A DNA stretch of 62,999 nt, filler included. It is 5 parts of 5 records of this genome, joined end to end, with 100 filler letters (N's around TTAATTAATTAA, not from the genome) between each part and the next. Parts side by side here need not be neighbours in the genome. Positions count along the whole stretch, not along the records: positions 38,013 to 44,983 come from SRR31147125_9913; positions 45,084 to 57,064 come from SRR31147125_9917; 3 more parts are not named here. One strand, 5' to 3'. Position 1 is the stretch's first letter; every line of letters starts with the position of its first letter. The notes under the pieces are model-generated. The model had not been told where the DNA came from. It ran no database searches and saw only the letters and a program-made list of their open reading frames with translations. Both the position numbers and the translations under genes were made by a program. Positions 41,608-51,070 of the stretch are shown one piece after another.

Positions 41608-42192
41608 TTAGACCATACCGCTGAAGCCCATGAAGGCCAGCGCGATGATTCCAGTGATTACCATGATGATTCCCGGTCCCTGCAGTCCTTTCGGAACCCG
41701 GCCGATGAGATCGAGCTTCTCATAGATGGCGGCGACCATGATCATCGCCAGCCAGAATCCGATGGCCGCTGAAATCGCGTAGACGACCGTCTGGATATAG
41801 GACATGTTATCGACCGTGGTGGCCTTCAGGGAGATGAAGAGTACCGTACAGTTAACGGTGATCAGCGGTAAAAATATTCCAAACGAGGCCTGCAGCGCCG
41901 GGAAGAAGCGCTCCATGATCATCTCGACCAGCTGCACACAGGCGGCGATCACGATAATGAACACGATGTACTGGATGATCAGTGAGCCGGTGGCTTCGAG
42001 GAGCTGGTAGATGACCCAGTTGGCCGACGAGGTCAGCGCAACGACGAAGATGACGGCCGCTCCCATGCCCATCGCGGTGGTCAAGCTCCGCGACAGCGCT
42101 ACGAACGGACACATGCCGAGGAGATAGAAAAGTGCGACGTTCTGGATCAGCAGTGCCGTTATGAAGATCGACAATAATGATGTTTCGCCCAT
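41608..42192 (-). CDS. nqrE: NqrE/RnfA-like membrane subunit
   Basis: LGMCPF, VQLVEMIMERFFPAL, GIFLPLITVNC, VPKGLQG...ALAFMGFSG. Confidence 0.85.
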   Translation of the reverse strand: MGETSLLSIFITALLIQNVALFYLLGMCPFVALSRSLTTAMGMGAAVIFVVALTSSANWVIYQLLEATGSLIIQYIVFIIVIAACVQLVEMIMERFFPALQASFGIFLPLITVNCTVLFISLKATTVDNMSYIQTVVYAISAAIGFWLAMIMVAAIYEKLDLIGRVPKGLQGPGIIMVITGIIALAFMGFSGMV

Positions 42193-42265
42193 GGTGATGC
42201 CTTTGTGTGTGGTTTATGCTGCGGTATATTTCTTCGCTTCCAATCTGTCCCGGCCGATCAACCGA

Positions 42266-42895
42266 TCAACCGCTGGCCGGTGGTTCTATTTTCGCCGCGG
42301 TTCTCGTAATCCACAGGAATACGCCGAGAACGAAAAAAGCGCCTGCCGGTGCGGCGAGGACAACCCAGTCTACCCATCCGGCCGGAGTGACCCGCACACC
42401 CAGAAGGGTGCCGAACGCAAATATCTCGCGGATGATTGCAATGGCCATCAGCGTATAGGTGTATGCGAACCCGTTTGCCAGCGCATCAAGCAGCGACAGT
42501 TTCGGCGGGTTCTGGACAAAGAATGCCTCCGCCCGGCCCATGATAATGCAGTTGGTGATGATCAGCGGCACGTATGGCCCCATCGCCTCACTGATGGTCG
42601 GGAAATAGGCCTTGAGTACCAGGTCGACGATCGTCACGCCGGAGGCGATGGTGATCATGTAGATGATGATGCGGACCCGGGAGGGGATGACTTTTCTGAG
42701 CAGGGAGATGATGACGGCAGTCAGCACGAGCACGAAGATAACACCGGCGCTCATCGCGATGGCGTTTTCGACCTTGTTGGAAATCGCCAGCGCCGAGCAG
42801 ATGCCAAGAGTCGCGGAGCTGATGGGGTGCTCACGCCAGATCCCGTTCTTGATGGTCTTGGCGCCTTTCTTTCCGAATGTCTGTTTCAGATTCAT
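42266..42895 (-). CDS. nqrD: NqrD/RnfE-like membrane subunit
   Basis: LGICSALA, IPSRVRI, LIITNCIIMGRAEAF, APAGAFF. Confidence 0.85.
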   Translation of the reverse strand: MNLKQTFGKKGAKTIKNGIWREHPISSATLGICSALAISNKVENAIAMSAGVIFVLVLTAVIISLLRKVIPSRVRIIIYMITIASGVTIVDLVLKAYFPTISEAMGPYVPLIITNCIIMGRAEAFFVQNPPKLSLLDALANGFAYTYTLMAIAIIREIFAFGTLLGVRVTPAGWVDWVVLAAPAGAFFVLGVFLWITRTAAKIEPPASG

Positions 42896-42898
42896 TTT

Positions 42899-43471
42899 CT
42901 ATTGACCGAGCAGAGTTTTGGTAGCCTGGACGTTGATGTTCACAATATTTTCGAGCGCGTTGCAGGTCAGCGTCGCGCCGGTAATAGCGTCCACCTCATT
43001 ATCCGCCGATGCGGTTCCGGCCGCAACGATTGCCAGTTCGGGCACGACCTTCTTGTCGCGGAAATTCATTAAATTGTCGGCCGCAAGTACCCGGCTGCCT
43101 AGCCCAGGCGTTTCACTCTGGGTGATGATCGCAATGCCCTTGATCGCATCTTTTTCAGGGGAAAGGGCGATAACGCCGCTCATCGGACCCTGGGATCCCG
43201 GGCCGGCGAATTCGAACGCGATGCTTCCGTCCTCAGCTGTATACAACGTTTTGCCGTCAATTTCGTCGGCCTTGACATTGGTGGTGAAGACCTGCTCGAT
43301 GGTATCCGCCTCGTACGGGATAACAAGTGCCTCCAATACCTTCTTGCGCTTCTTCTCAAGCAGATACTTTTCGATCCTCGGCCCGGTCATCGTGTCGACC
43401 GCGACCAGCGCCGTTGCCCAGAATATTCCGAACACCAGAACGAAACCGATCATTTTGATTTTATCTATCAC
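42899..43471 (-). CDS. nqrC: NqrC/RnfG-like FMN-binding subunit
   Basis: N-terminal TM helix, SETPGLG, flavinylation motif VDAITGATLT. Confidence 0.85.
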   Translation of the reverse strand: MIDKIKMIGFVLVFGIFWATALVAVDTMTGPRIEKYLLEKKRKKVLEALVIPYEADTIEQVFTTNVKADEIDGKTLYTAEDGSIAFEFAGPGSQGPMSGVIALSPEKDAIKGIAIITQSETPGLGSRVLAADNLMNFRDKKVVPELAIVAAGTASADNEVDAITGATLTCNALENIVNINVQATKTLLGQ

Positions 43472-43529
43472 GCCAACTCTCCAAATCAGATTAGTCTGCC
43501 AGTCATTCCTGTCGTGCCTGGTACCGTAT

Positions 43530-44630
43530 TCAGGTCGTTTCCGCGCTGCGATAGCGCACTGAAAGGACCACGTGGTCGATCAACGGGGTAAACGCGTTCA
43601 TGATCACGATACTGAACATGACGCCCTCGACATATCCTGAGAACACCCGGATCAGAACGGTCAGCAGGCCGCAGCCGACCCCGAAAATGAATTTGCCCGG
43701 AACCGTAAACGGTGAGGTGACCGGATCGCAAGACATGAACATTGCTCCGAACAGCACGGAACCGCCGAGCAGGTTGAATAGTCCGAAGTTCCAGGCGGCA
43801 CCGAAGCCGCTGGAAGCCGCTTCCGCCCCGGCCGTGGGAATACCGCCGAACAGCCCGATAGCAAACGCACAGACGAAGACCGATGCGAGGTAGGTGACCG
43901 GCACCCGCCAGTTGCTCACCCTGGTCAACATCAAGAAGATGCCACCGATGATAATCCCGAGCCTGAATGTTTCACCGGCGCTTCCGGATGGAATGCCGAT
44001 GAGCAGGTCCGCCGCCGGGGTGAAGATCGCCTGGGTCTTCGCCAGCGCCATCGGCGTTGCCTGGGAGACCGCGTCAGCTGCTCCCCGCCATGCTCCCGGT
44101 GCGGTCCAGCCGCTGGTCATGATGGTAGGGAAGGCGATGGTAATGAACAGCCTGCCCACCAGGGCCGGGTTAAAGATATTGTGACCGGTCCCGCCGAAGA
44201 CCTCCTTACCGAAAAAGACGCCGAAGAAGATGCCGACGGCGACAACCCATAGTGGGGTTGACGGCGGCAGAATAAGCGGGAAGAGGATGCCGGTGACGAA
44301 AAAGCCCTCGTGGATCTCGGTCTTCCGTACGCACGCGAAGATCACCTCGACGATGCCTCCGACCGCATATGAAACGAGGATCATCAGCAGAATGCGCGGG
44401 CCGAAGTAATAGAGCGACGCACAGATGCTGGGAAGCAGCGCGACTATCACGATGGTCATGTAGCGTTTGATGTCGAGCGGATCCCTTACGTGCGGGCCGG
44501 TTGCCGTTCGTGCCGGCGGGTAGAAGAAAATGAACTCTATGGCCTCGAAAAGCGGCTTGAAAAAAACGAGATTGCCCCGTTTTTCAAAGTGAGGCCTGGA
44601 CGATTCAAATAGGTTGTAAAGCCATTTCAT
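43530..44630 (-). CDS. nqrB: NqrB/RnfD-like membrane subunit
   Basis: NqrB-type N-terminus PHFEKRG...LFEA...F.P...PHVRD; HEGFFVTG; KEVFGGTG.NIFNPALVGR; DAVSQATP; DPVTSP. Confidence 0.88.
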   Translation of the reverse strand: MKWLYNLFESSRPHFEKRGNLVFFKPLFEAIEFIFFYPPARTATGPHVRDPLDIKRYMTIVIVALLPSICASLYYFGPRILLMILVSYAVGGIVEVIFACVRKTEIHEGFFVTGILFPLILPPSTPLWVVAVGIFFGVFFGKEVFGGTGHNIFNPALVGRLFITIAFPTIMTSGWTAPGAWRGAADAVSQATPMALAKTQAIFTPAADLLIGIPSGSAGETFRLGIIIGGIFLMLTRVSNWRVPVTYLASVFVCAFAIGLFGGIPTAGAEAASSGFGAAWNFGLFNLLGGSVLFGAMFMSCDPVTSPFTVPGKFIFGVGCGLLTVLIRVFSGYVEGVMFSIVIMNAFTPLIDHVVLSVRYRSAETT

Positions 44631-44721
44631 GCTTATTTCCTTGGCACCATGTTGTCTGAATGCGGTGAAAATCCAGTCGTCTTCAGTTGAATATCGCGAA
44701 CACCACCCATGAACGCGTCAC

Positions 44722-44983
44722 TCATCCTTCAATTAATTCTGCTATCGCACGTGCCCGTTCCGCCCTGAACGTATCCAGATGGTTGATCTTGGAAACGCAG
44801 ACGTAGGAACACAGGCCGCAGTCGATACACTTGTCGAACTCGACCCGATAGGCATCCTCGGGACGGTCGTTGTCCAGGTATCTATATATGAGATGCGGGA
44901 TAATTCCCGCAGGGCACACGCTCTCGCAGAAACCACAGAACACGCAGGGGCGGGATTCGCCGCCGAGCGCTGTTGTGAGTTTT
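44722..44983 (-). CDS. C-terminal fragment of an NqrA/RnfC-like subunit with 2x[4Fe-4S]
   Basis: Frame open to the contig edge: KLTTALGGESRPCVFCGFCESVCP...CIDCGLCSYVCVSKI. Confidence 0.8.
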
Positions 44984-45083
44984 NNNNNNNNNNNNNNNNN
45001 NNNNNNNNNNNNNNNNNNNNNNNNNNNTTAATTAATTAANNNNNNNNNNNNNNNNNNNNNNNNNNNNNNNNNNNNNNNNNNNN
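44984..45083. other. Artificial contig linker
   Basis: N44-TTAATTAATTAA-N44. Confidence 0.98.
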
Positions 45084-45312
45084 CATCGAAGCGATGTTGT
45101 CCGGTGTGCCGGTTCGTTATCACGAGTCCGGAGGAACCCCCGAACTCGTGAAGGACTGCGGCGTTCCCCTCGACCGCTTCGGCTACCTCCTTGACCATCT
45201 CGAAACCTACCGGGATCGCTGTCTGCAGAGAAGCGACCTGCATTTCAACCAGGTGATGGAGAAATACCAGCAATGCTGGAGCTCGACGGGTAGCCTCCAC
45301 CTGGTGCGCTGA
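45084..45312 (+). CDS. C-terminal fragment of a GT4-like glycosyltransferase
   Basis: IEAMLSGVPV...SGGTPELV GT-B motif. Confidence 0.7.
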
Positions 45313-45350
45313 GATCAACCAAGATCAACTCTAGAGGTTCTGTTTGAAAC

Positions 45351-46355
45351 ATGGCAGTTCATCCACACAAAGGCAGTTTCGACCCGTTTCCGGTAGCTCC
45401 GGTTTTCGTGGTCGGAGCACCGCGCTCAGGTACGACACTGCTGCAGAACCTGATTGCATGCCACCCCGACGCGGGAACAGCCCCCGAGACACACATTTTC
45501 ATCAAACTGACTCCAACCCTTCTCTACGAACGTAACCTGCCGCCCATCGGCAAACGAGCCGTACCGGAAACACTGCGTGGCAGCCAGGTCAACCAATTGT
45601 CCGGGGAGCTCTTCTCCTCGCTGGGTGCTGATCATGATCCGCCTGTCTTGGCCACCCACTACCACGACGATGAAGAGGTTGCCACCAGAGCGGTTGCCGG
45701 GCGTTTCTTTTCCGCACTTGCACAACGGGGCAAACATATCTTCATCGAGAAGTCTCCTCCACACGTGTTTTTCACCGCCGAAATTATGTCGGTCATTCCC
45801 GAGGCAAAAATCATTCACATTATCAGGGACCCACGGGACGTCGTTCCGTCGATCAACCGTATGCTTCAGCACATGGGCAAAAAACCGAGAACCGTTTACG
45901 AGCGAGCAAAAATTTGGAAAAGCTCTGTTGCCGCTGCTCAATCGGCGCGATTGTTCACGGTTCGCTACGAAGACCTCGTATCGGACACCCACACCGTCAT
46001 GAAGCAGGTGTTCACCTTTCTTGACCTCTCCTATTCCCCAGACTTCCTCTCTGAGCACTCTCGAGTTTCCGAAAAAACGGTTAAGAAAAATGAAATATGG
46101 AAAGCGAAGAATTTCAGCGACATCTCACCGGATCGCATCGGCAGGTTCAGGCAATCACTGAATACCAATGAAATCGGCATGATAGAGGCGATGTGCGGGC
46201 GACTCATGCTGAATCACGGCTACCAGACCACGGACGTACCGTCCAGAGCAATGGCTGTCCGCCGAGAAGCTGTGCAATACCATGCCCGGCGTGCCCGTAT
46301 GCTGCTCAAACGAGGGTTCTCCTCTGTCCAGGAACGTATACGGGGAAACCGATAA
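45351..46355 (+). CDS. Sulfotransferase
   Basis: PVFVVGAPRSGTTLL, EKSP, HIIRDPRDVVPS, VRYEDLV. Confidence 0.92.
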   Translation: MAVHPHKGSFDPFPVAPVFVVGAPRSGTTLLQNLIACHPDAGTAPETHIFIKLTPTLLYERNLPPIGKRAVPETLRGSQVNQLSGELFSSLGADHDPPVLATHYHDDEEVATRAVAGRFFSALAQRGKHIFIEKSPPHVFFTAEIMSVIPEAKIIHIIRDPRDVVPSINRMLQHMGKKPRTVYERAKIWKSSVAAAQSARLFTVRYEDLVSDTHTVMKQVFTFLDLSYSPDFLSEHSRVSEKTVKKNEIWKAKNFSDISPDRIGRFRQSLNTNEIGMIEAMCGRLMLNHGYQTTDVPSRAMAVRREAVQYHARRARMLLKRGFSSVQERIRGNR

Positions 46356-46420
46356 GCCGCCTGTTCTGATACTGAAGTTCCCGGATCAACACCGGACCAA
46401 ACCGGGAGTACTCATTCCAT

Positions 46421-47218
46421 TTATTCCGCGTAGCCGAAAAGGTCAAGGAGCCTCTTCGCGTCGGGGACATCCAGCAAAGCGCCGACGCGGTCTCTATACT
46501 TCTCGTCCCTCCAGCGACCGATGCCGTGGGACGAAAGGCTGGTAACCTCGGAAGACCATGCGACATGCTTCCTCACACTGGCATTTTCTCTGTAATTGAA
46601 CACACTCTCAGGAATATCGAGCCGGAAACGGTCATAGATTTTCGCTATCGTGGTGTGAAAGTCGCTGACGAGGTCCTCGTACCGGATGATAACCGTATCC
46701 CCATCGCCCTGGTGGGACGCGGTAATCCCGACGTCATAGGCCCAACGTTCTGGATGAATATGAAACTCGCCAGGATTACTGGGATGAAGAGATGTAATGA
46801 CATCTCTTCCGTCACGAACGATATGGACGAACCGGACGGATCCTTTGTATGCTTTCCTGATACAGCCGATTGTGCGTACATGTATAGGTGTCTTCTCAAC
46901 AATACAACGTTGGTCCGGTGTAGGTGCCGACTGTTTGAGAACTGCAGCAAGCAACTTCAACCGTGCCACTCGAGCCTTCCACCCCGAACAGGTATCTACC
47001 TTCCGCCACAGGATGCCGGTCGGTCCAGGTTGCGACAGAAACCCGCGTTTAAAGACCTCGGTTTCGTAATCCAGGCAGTAGAAGCGTTTGTCCGACGAAA
47101 GGATGGACAGAAGCAGGGTTGTTCCGGATCGGCCACAGCCGACGATAAACATCGGCGGCTCCCTTGTGATGAATTTCAGGCCCTTAATACGGGCGTATAT
47201 GTCAATCAATTCAATCAT
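46421..47218 (-). CDS. Sulfotransferase
   Basis: FIVGCGRSGTTLL, EKTP, HIVRDGRDVITS, IRYEDLV, GIGRWR. Confidence 0.92.
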   Translation of the reverse strand: MIELIDIYARIKGLKFITREPPMFIVGCGRSGTTLLLSILSSDKRFYCLDYETEVFKRGFLSQPGPTGILWRKVDTCSGWKARVARLKLLAAVLKQSAPTPDQRCIVEKTPIHVRTIGCIRKAYKGSVRFVHIVRDGRDVITSLHPSNPGEFHIHPERWAYDVGITASHQGDGDTVIIRYEDLVSDFHTTIAKIYDRFRLDIPESVFNYRENASVRKHVAWSSEVTSLSSHGIGRWRDEKYRDRVGALLDVPDAKRLLDLFGYAE

Positions 47219-49896
47219 TCCTCACTACCTGCCGCCGGGCATGCAACTCCTGAGCCTCAAGCAGGTCATTTTTCAGCCGTTCCCCGAGATATTCAACGAG
47301 AGGCTGCTCGAGCATCGTCAAATGATTACCGGGAATCCAGTGCTCCCTGAATCCTTGACCGGCCACCCGTCTCCAGGCAAGCCGACGATCGAGAATCCTT
47401 CGTCGATAAGGGGACTCCTTGACCCGGTAGAGAACAACGTCAGTTGAAACCTTACCCGGCCTGTATGCACGACGCGCCTGTCTCAGTGTCCGTTTAAGTT
47501 CCAGGTTGGGCTGCACTTTCTTGCCGATAGCCCCATCTTTTGCTTCCGAGATTCGCTCAAGTTCTTCCTTTTTCCTGGCAGCTACCCTGTTCTCCGTCGC
47601 TGATCTCAATTTCCGCTGCAACCAGCCATAGCACTGCTCCAGGTATTCCCCTGCAATCATGCTGCGAGGAATGATACAATCAGGAGCCCTCGTCTCAACC
47701 AGGACAAGCAGCGCAACTTCTTCTCCGTTCTCAATAAGTTGCCGGGCAATTTCAAAGGCGACCACCCCGCCGAAACACGTTCCGCACAGGTAATAGGGGC
47801 CTGCCGACTGCACTTTCTGCAACTCATTGATATAATACGATGCAATACCTTCAATACGTTCGAATCGCTCCAGGTTCCGATCATACCCGGCTGCCTGAAT
47901 TCCATAGAAGGGCTGATCTTCTCCAAAATATTTAGCCAGGTCCTGGTGACGCATCAGATGACCGCCTATACCCGGAACACAAAACAGCGGCGTGCGACTT
48001 CCTCCATTATTGAGGAGTACCACCGGGCTGACGCTGTCCGTTTTGGAATCCTTTTCGATAAGACGGGCCAGCTGGTTGACGGTATTTGCTTCCGCAAGAT
48101 CGGTAATGGCAATCCGCGTACCGAGCATCTTCTCCACTCGATCTGCCATCTCCACTACCAGGAGTGAGTTTCCGCCGATATCAAAAAAATCTTCATCCGG
48201 TTCAACTCTCTGGAGTTCAAGCAGGTTTTCCCAGAGTCGACATAATCGATCGACCAGCGATTCCGACTCTGCGGCCGATTGTCCTTCAGGTGAAGCAGGC
48301 GTTGTAATATGCAGCTGTGACTTATCGATTTTCCCGTTGGGGCCGAGGGGAATCTCATCGATAATTTCAACACTCACCGGTACCATGTGAGGCGGCAGTC
48401 TGTCTTTCAACCCTTTTCTGATTGCTGTCGAATCCAGAACGGTATCTTTACAGGGAACCACGAATGCAAATAACCGGTAATCGCCCCGATCGTCACCTTT
48501 GGCGACGACAACTCCCTGCTCGACGCCTGGAGTCCGGTTAAGAGCTTTTTCGATATCGGCGAGTTCGACCCCGATCCCCCTGACCTTGATCTTCTCATCA
48601 AGTCTGCCGGTGATTTCAAGAGTCCCATCCGGCAAAACCATTCCGAGATCGCCTGTGCGGAACATGAGCCTTCCCTGAACACTGCTGGTGGAATCAGGGA
48701 GATATCGTTGACGCGACAATATCGGATGGTTCAGGTAACCATCCGATATCCGGCTACCGCCAACAGCAATTTCGCCAATGTCGCCCTCTGCGACCTGCCG
48801 CTGCCCCTCATCCAGCAGATATACCGGGGTATCCGGCAGATGACGGCCAATCGGCACCATGCCTTCAGACTTAATATCCTCGCGAGAAACCCGATACGCA
48901 CAAACCGTTCCGGCAGTCTCAGTCTGAGAATAGAGATTCATTATTGTAGCTGATTGCCCGAGATCATGGTGCCAGAGAGCTGGAATGGTCCAGGGCATGG
49001 CCTGACCGGTAGAAAAAATATACTGAAGCCCCTGCGGCAGCAGTTGCGTGCGCCGGTCAACAGGCATCCCTGCAAGAGAGCGAAGGAAAAAATGAAGTAC
49101 TGCGGGCACCGTATCCCACACCGAGACGTGCTGCTCCCTGATCAAATTGAATAGCTGGACGGGGTCTTTTCTCTGTTCCTCACTGGCAACGACCATGGTA
49201 TTGCCTGTGCACAATGGAAGAAACGTTTGCCTGGTCGACGCCGAGAATGCGGTTGTCGCCGTGTGCAAAAAAATATGCTCAGAACCATCACCGAAAAATG
49301 TCTGTTTCAGGGCATCCATATACGTTATCATGGACCCATGTTTGACCGCGACGCTTTTGGGACGACCGACCGACCCCGAGGTAAACATTACGTAGGCGAG
49401 GTCATCCGCCGAAACTTCCGTGTGCGGTTTATCCAGGTCGTGCTGATCACGCGTTTCATAAAACGATTCAATCGTCAATGCCTGTGTTGAAGGGAACAGA
49501 GAAGCATGAGCGGAGTGGGTAACAACGGCTGACATCGGAGTGTCAGAGATCATTTCAAGCAGCCGTTCCTCAGGGTACTGGGTATCCATTGGCACATACG
49601 CTGCTCCGATCTTCAATACCGATAGAATCGCAGCGACATTGACATGCCCCCGATCCAGGTATATTCCAACGAAACTTCCTTTCTCAACTCCTGCGTCCTG
49701 CAACCAGTGCGCAAGCTGGTTTGCGAGTTCGTCAAATCGGGAGTAGGTCAATCGAACCGAATCATCGATAATGGCCATCTTCTCCGGCGCTTTCACAACC
49801 CGGTTCTCAAAGAGCGCGTGAACGCCCCCTTCCCACCATGGGCAGGCTCCATCCCAGCTGAAGACCAGTGTCCCTGACTGTAAAATGTTCCTTTTT
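47211..49896 (-). CDS. NRPS-like adenylation-PCP-thioesterase; probably the C-terminal part of one protein with the upstream dehydratase
   Basis: VHALFE...APEKMA, FTSGSVGRPK, FRTGDLG, GRLDEKIKVRG, NGKID; PCP FFDIGGNSL; TE GTCFG and GNH. Confidence 0.9.
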
Positions 49897-51052
49897 CAGT
49901 CACCGGAAAAATCAGATCAGCCGTACCGGTGGTTGTCACCTCCTGGAGCTGATTCCTGCCGGTCACTTTCACCCGCAGCAGGTGGTGATCATCATGATCC
50001 TGTTTTTCGATACCATCAACCGAGTAAAACGTCGCATCACCATACAGGTTCGGGCCAAGAATCTGAACCTTCAACCGTTCCAGCCTGCACTCATCAGAAA
50101 TCAGACCGGTGAGTATGCCCGACACAACCGCGAATCTCATCACCCCGTTGTCGAAAGGGGCCGGCATCCCCCGCTCTGCAGCCATCAGATAATCTTCATG
50201 CTGCTGAGAGAACTTTACCGGCCACCCGGTCACGGGATTTACCGTCCGCGTATGGGGCGCGTCAAGCAGATCCAGATATCCCAGGACACCGCCCTGATAG
50301 GAAGGACCGGAACCCGCCTGCCAGCACACCATATCACCGATAGTCAGTGGCCCCCTGACGAAAACCCCGAGATTCACACCCGCGCCAAGGTCGTTACAAT
50401 CGCTGATTTTCCGTTTCTCCCGCTCCTCCCGAATAAGGGCCTCGATATTTTCCAGTTCCTCCGGCTGATACCGATATGTCTCCCGATCCGTCAGCAACTC
50501 CTGATCAGGTCGGTAGGCGCGCAACATCGTTCCTGAAGCAGTTCCGACCAGTTTACCCAGTTGATTCCAATAATTTACTTCAGAAATTATGGTAATTGTC
50601 CGATTCCCGGCCTGAATCCTGGAGTCGTACACGTTTTTCTGAACAGAACGGCTCTTCAGCCTGTCACCCTCCAAAATCGGCAGATGCCAGGTATATTCGA
50701 TTTCGCCAATCAGGTTGGTTAACGGTACATCAATGGGAGCACCGTGAAGTATCGGATACAGAACAGACGTCAGGTAGGCGGGCGGTGCGGGATGCTTTCC
50801 CAGCTGCTTTCTTATGGAATTATTCCTGTCGAGCCACAGCGGGTTGTCGTCGCCGATTCCAAAGGCAAACTGCCTGATCGAATCAGCGGTTACAGATGTG
50901 TTCCAGGATTCCCGTTCCCTGATCTCAAGACCATTGAGCTTCTGCGTCTCTTCGACGAATCGATCGATTGCGAGCACTACACCGTTATCAGGGCTCGGTT
51001 TGTCCGGTTCTCTCATATTCCCGTTCTTATCGCCAGTATGACTATGGTACAA
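49793..51052 (-). CDS. Double hot-dog MaoC/FAS1-like acyl dehydratase
   Basis: DSIRQFAFGIGDDNPLW, APPAY, EYTWHLPILEGD; second hot-dog QQHED...GMPAPFDNG...NLYGD. Confidence 0.8.
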   Translation of the reverse strand: MYHSHTGDKNGNMREPDKPSPDNGVVLAIDRFVEETQKLNGLEIRERESWNTSVTADSIRQFAFGIGDDNPLWLDRNNSIRKQLGKHPAPPAYLTSVLYPILHGAPIDVPLTNLIGEIEYTWHLPILEGDRLKSRSVQKNVYDSRIQAGNRTITIISEVNYWNQLGKLVGTASGTMLRAYRPDQELLTDRETYRYQPEELENIEALIREEREKRKISDCNDLGAGVNLGVFVRGPLTIGDMVCWQAGSGPSYQGGVLGYLDLLDAPHTRTVNPVTGWPVKFSQQHEDYLMAAERGMPAPFDNGVMRFAVVSGILTGLISDECRLERLKVQILGPNLYGDATFYSVDGIEKQDHDDHHLLRVKVTGRNQLQEVTTTGTADLIFPVTEKGTFYSQGHWSSAGMEPAHGGKGAFTRSLRTGL

Positions 51053-51070
51053 AGTACAAACTCCCCGCTG

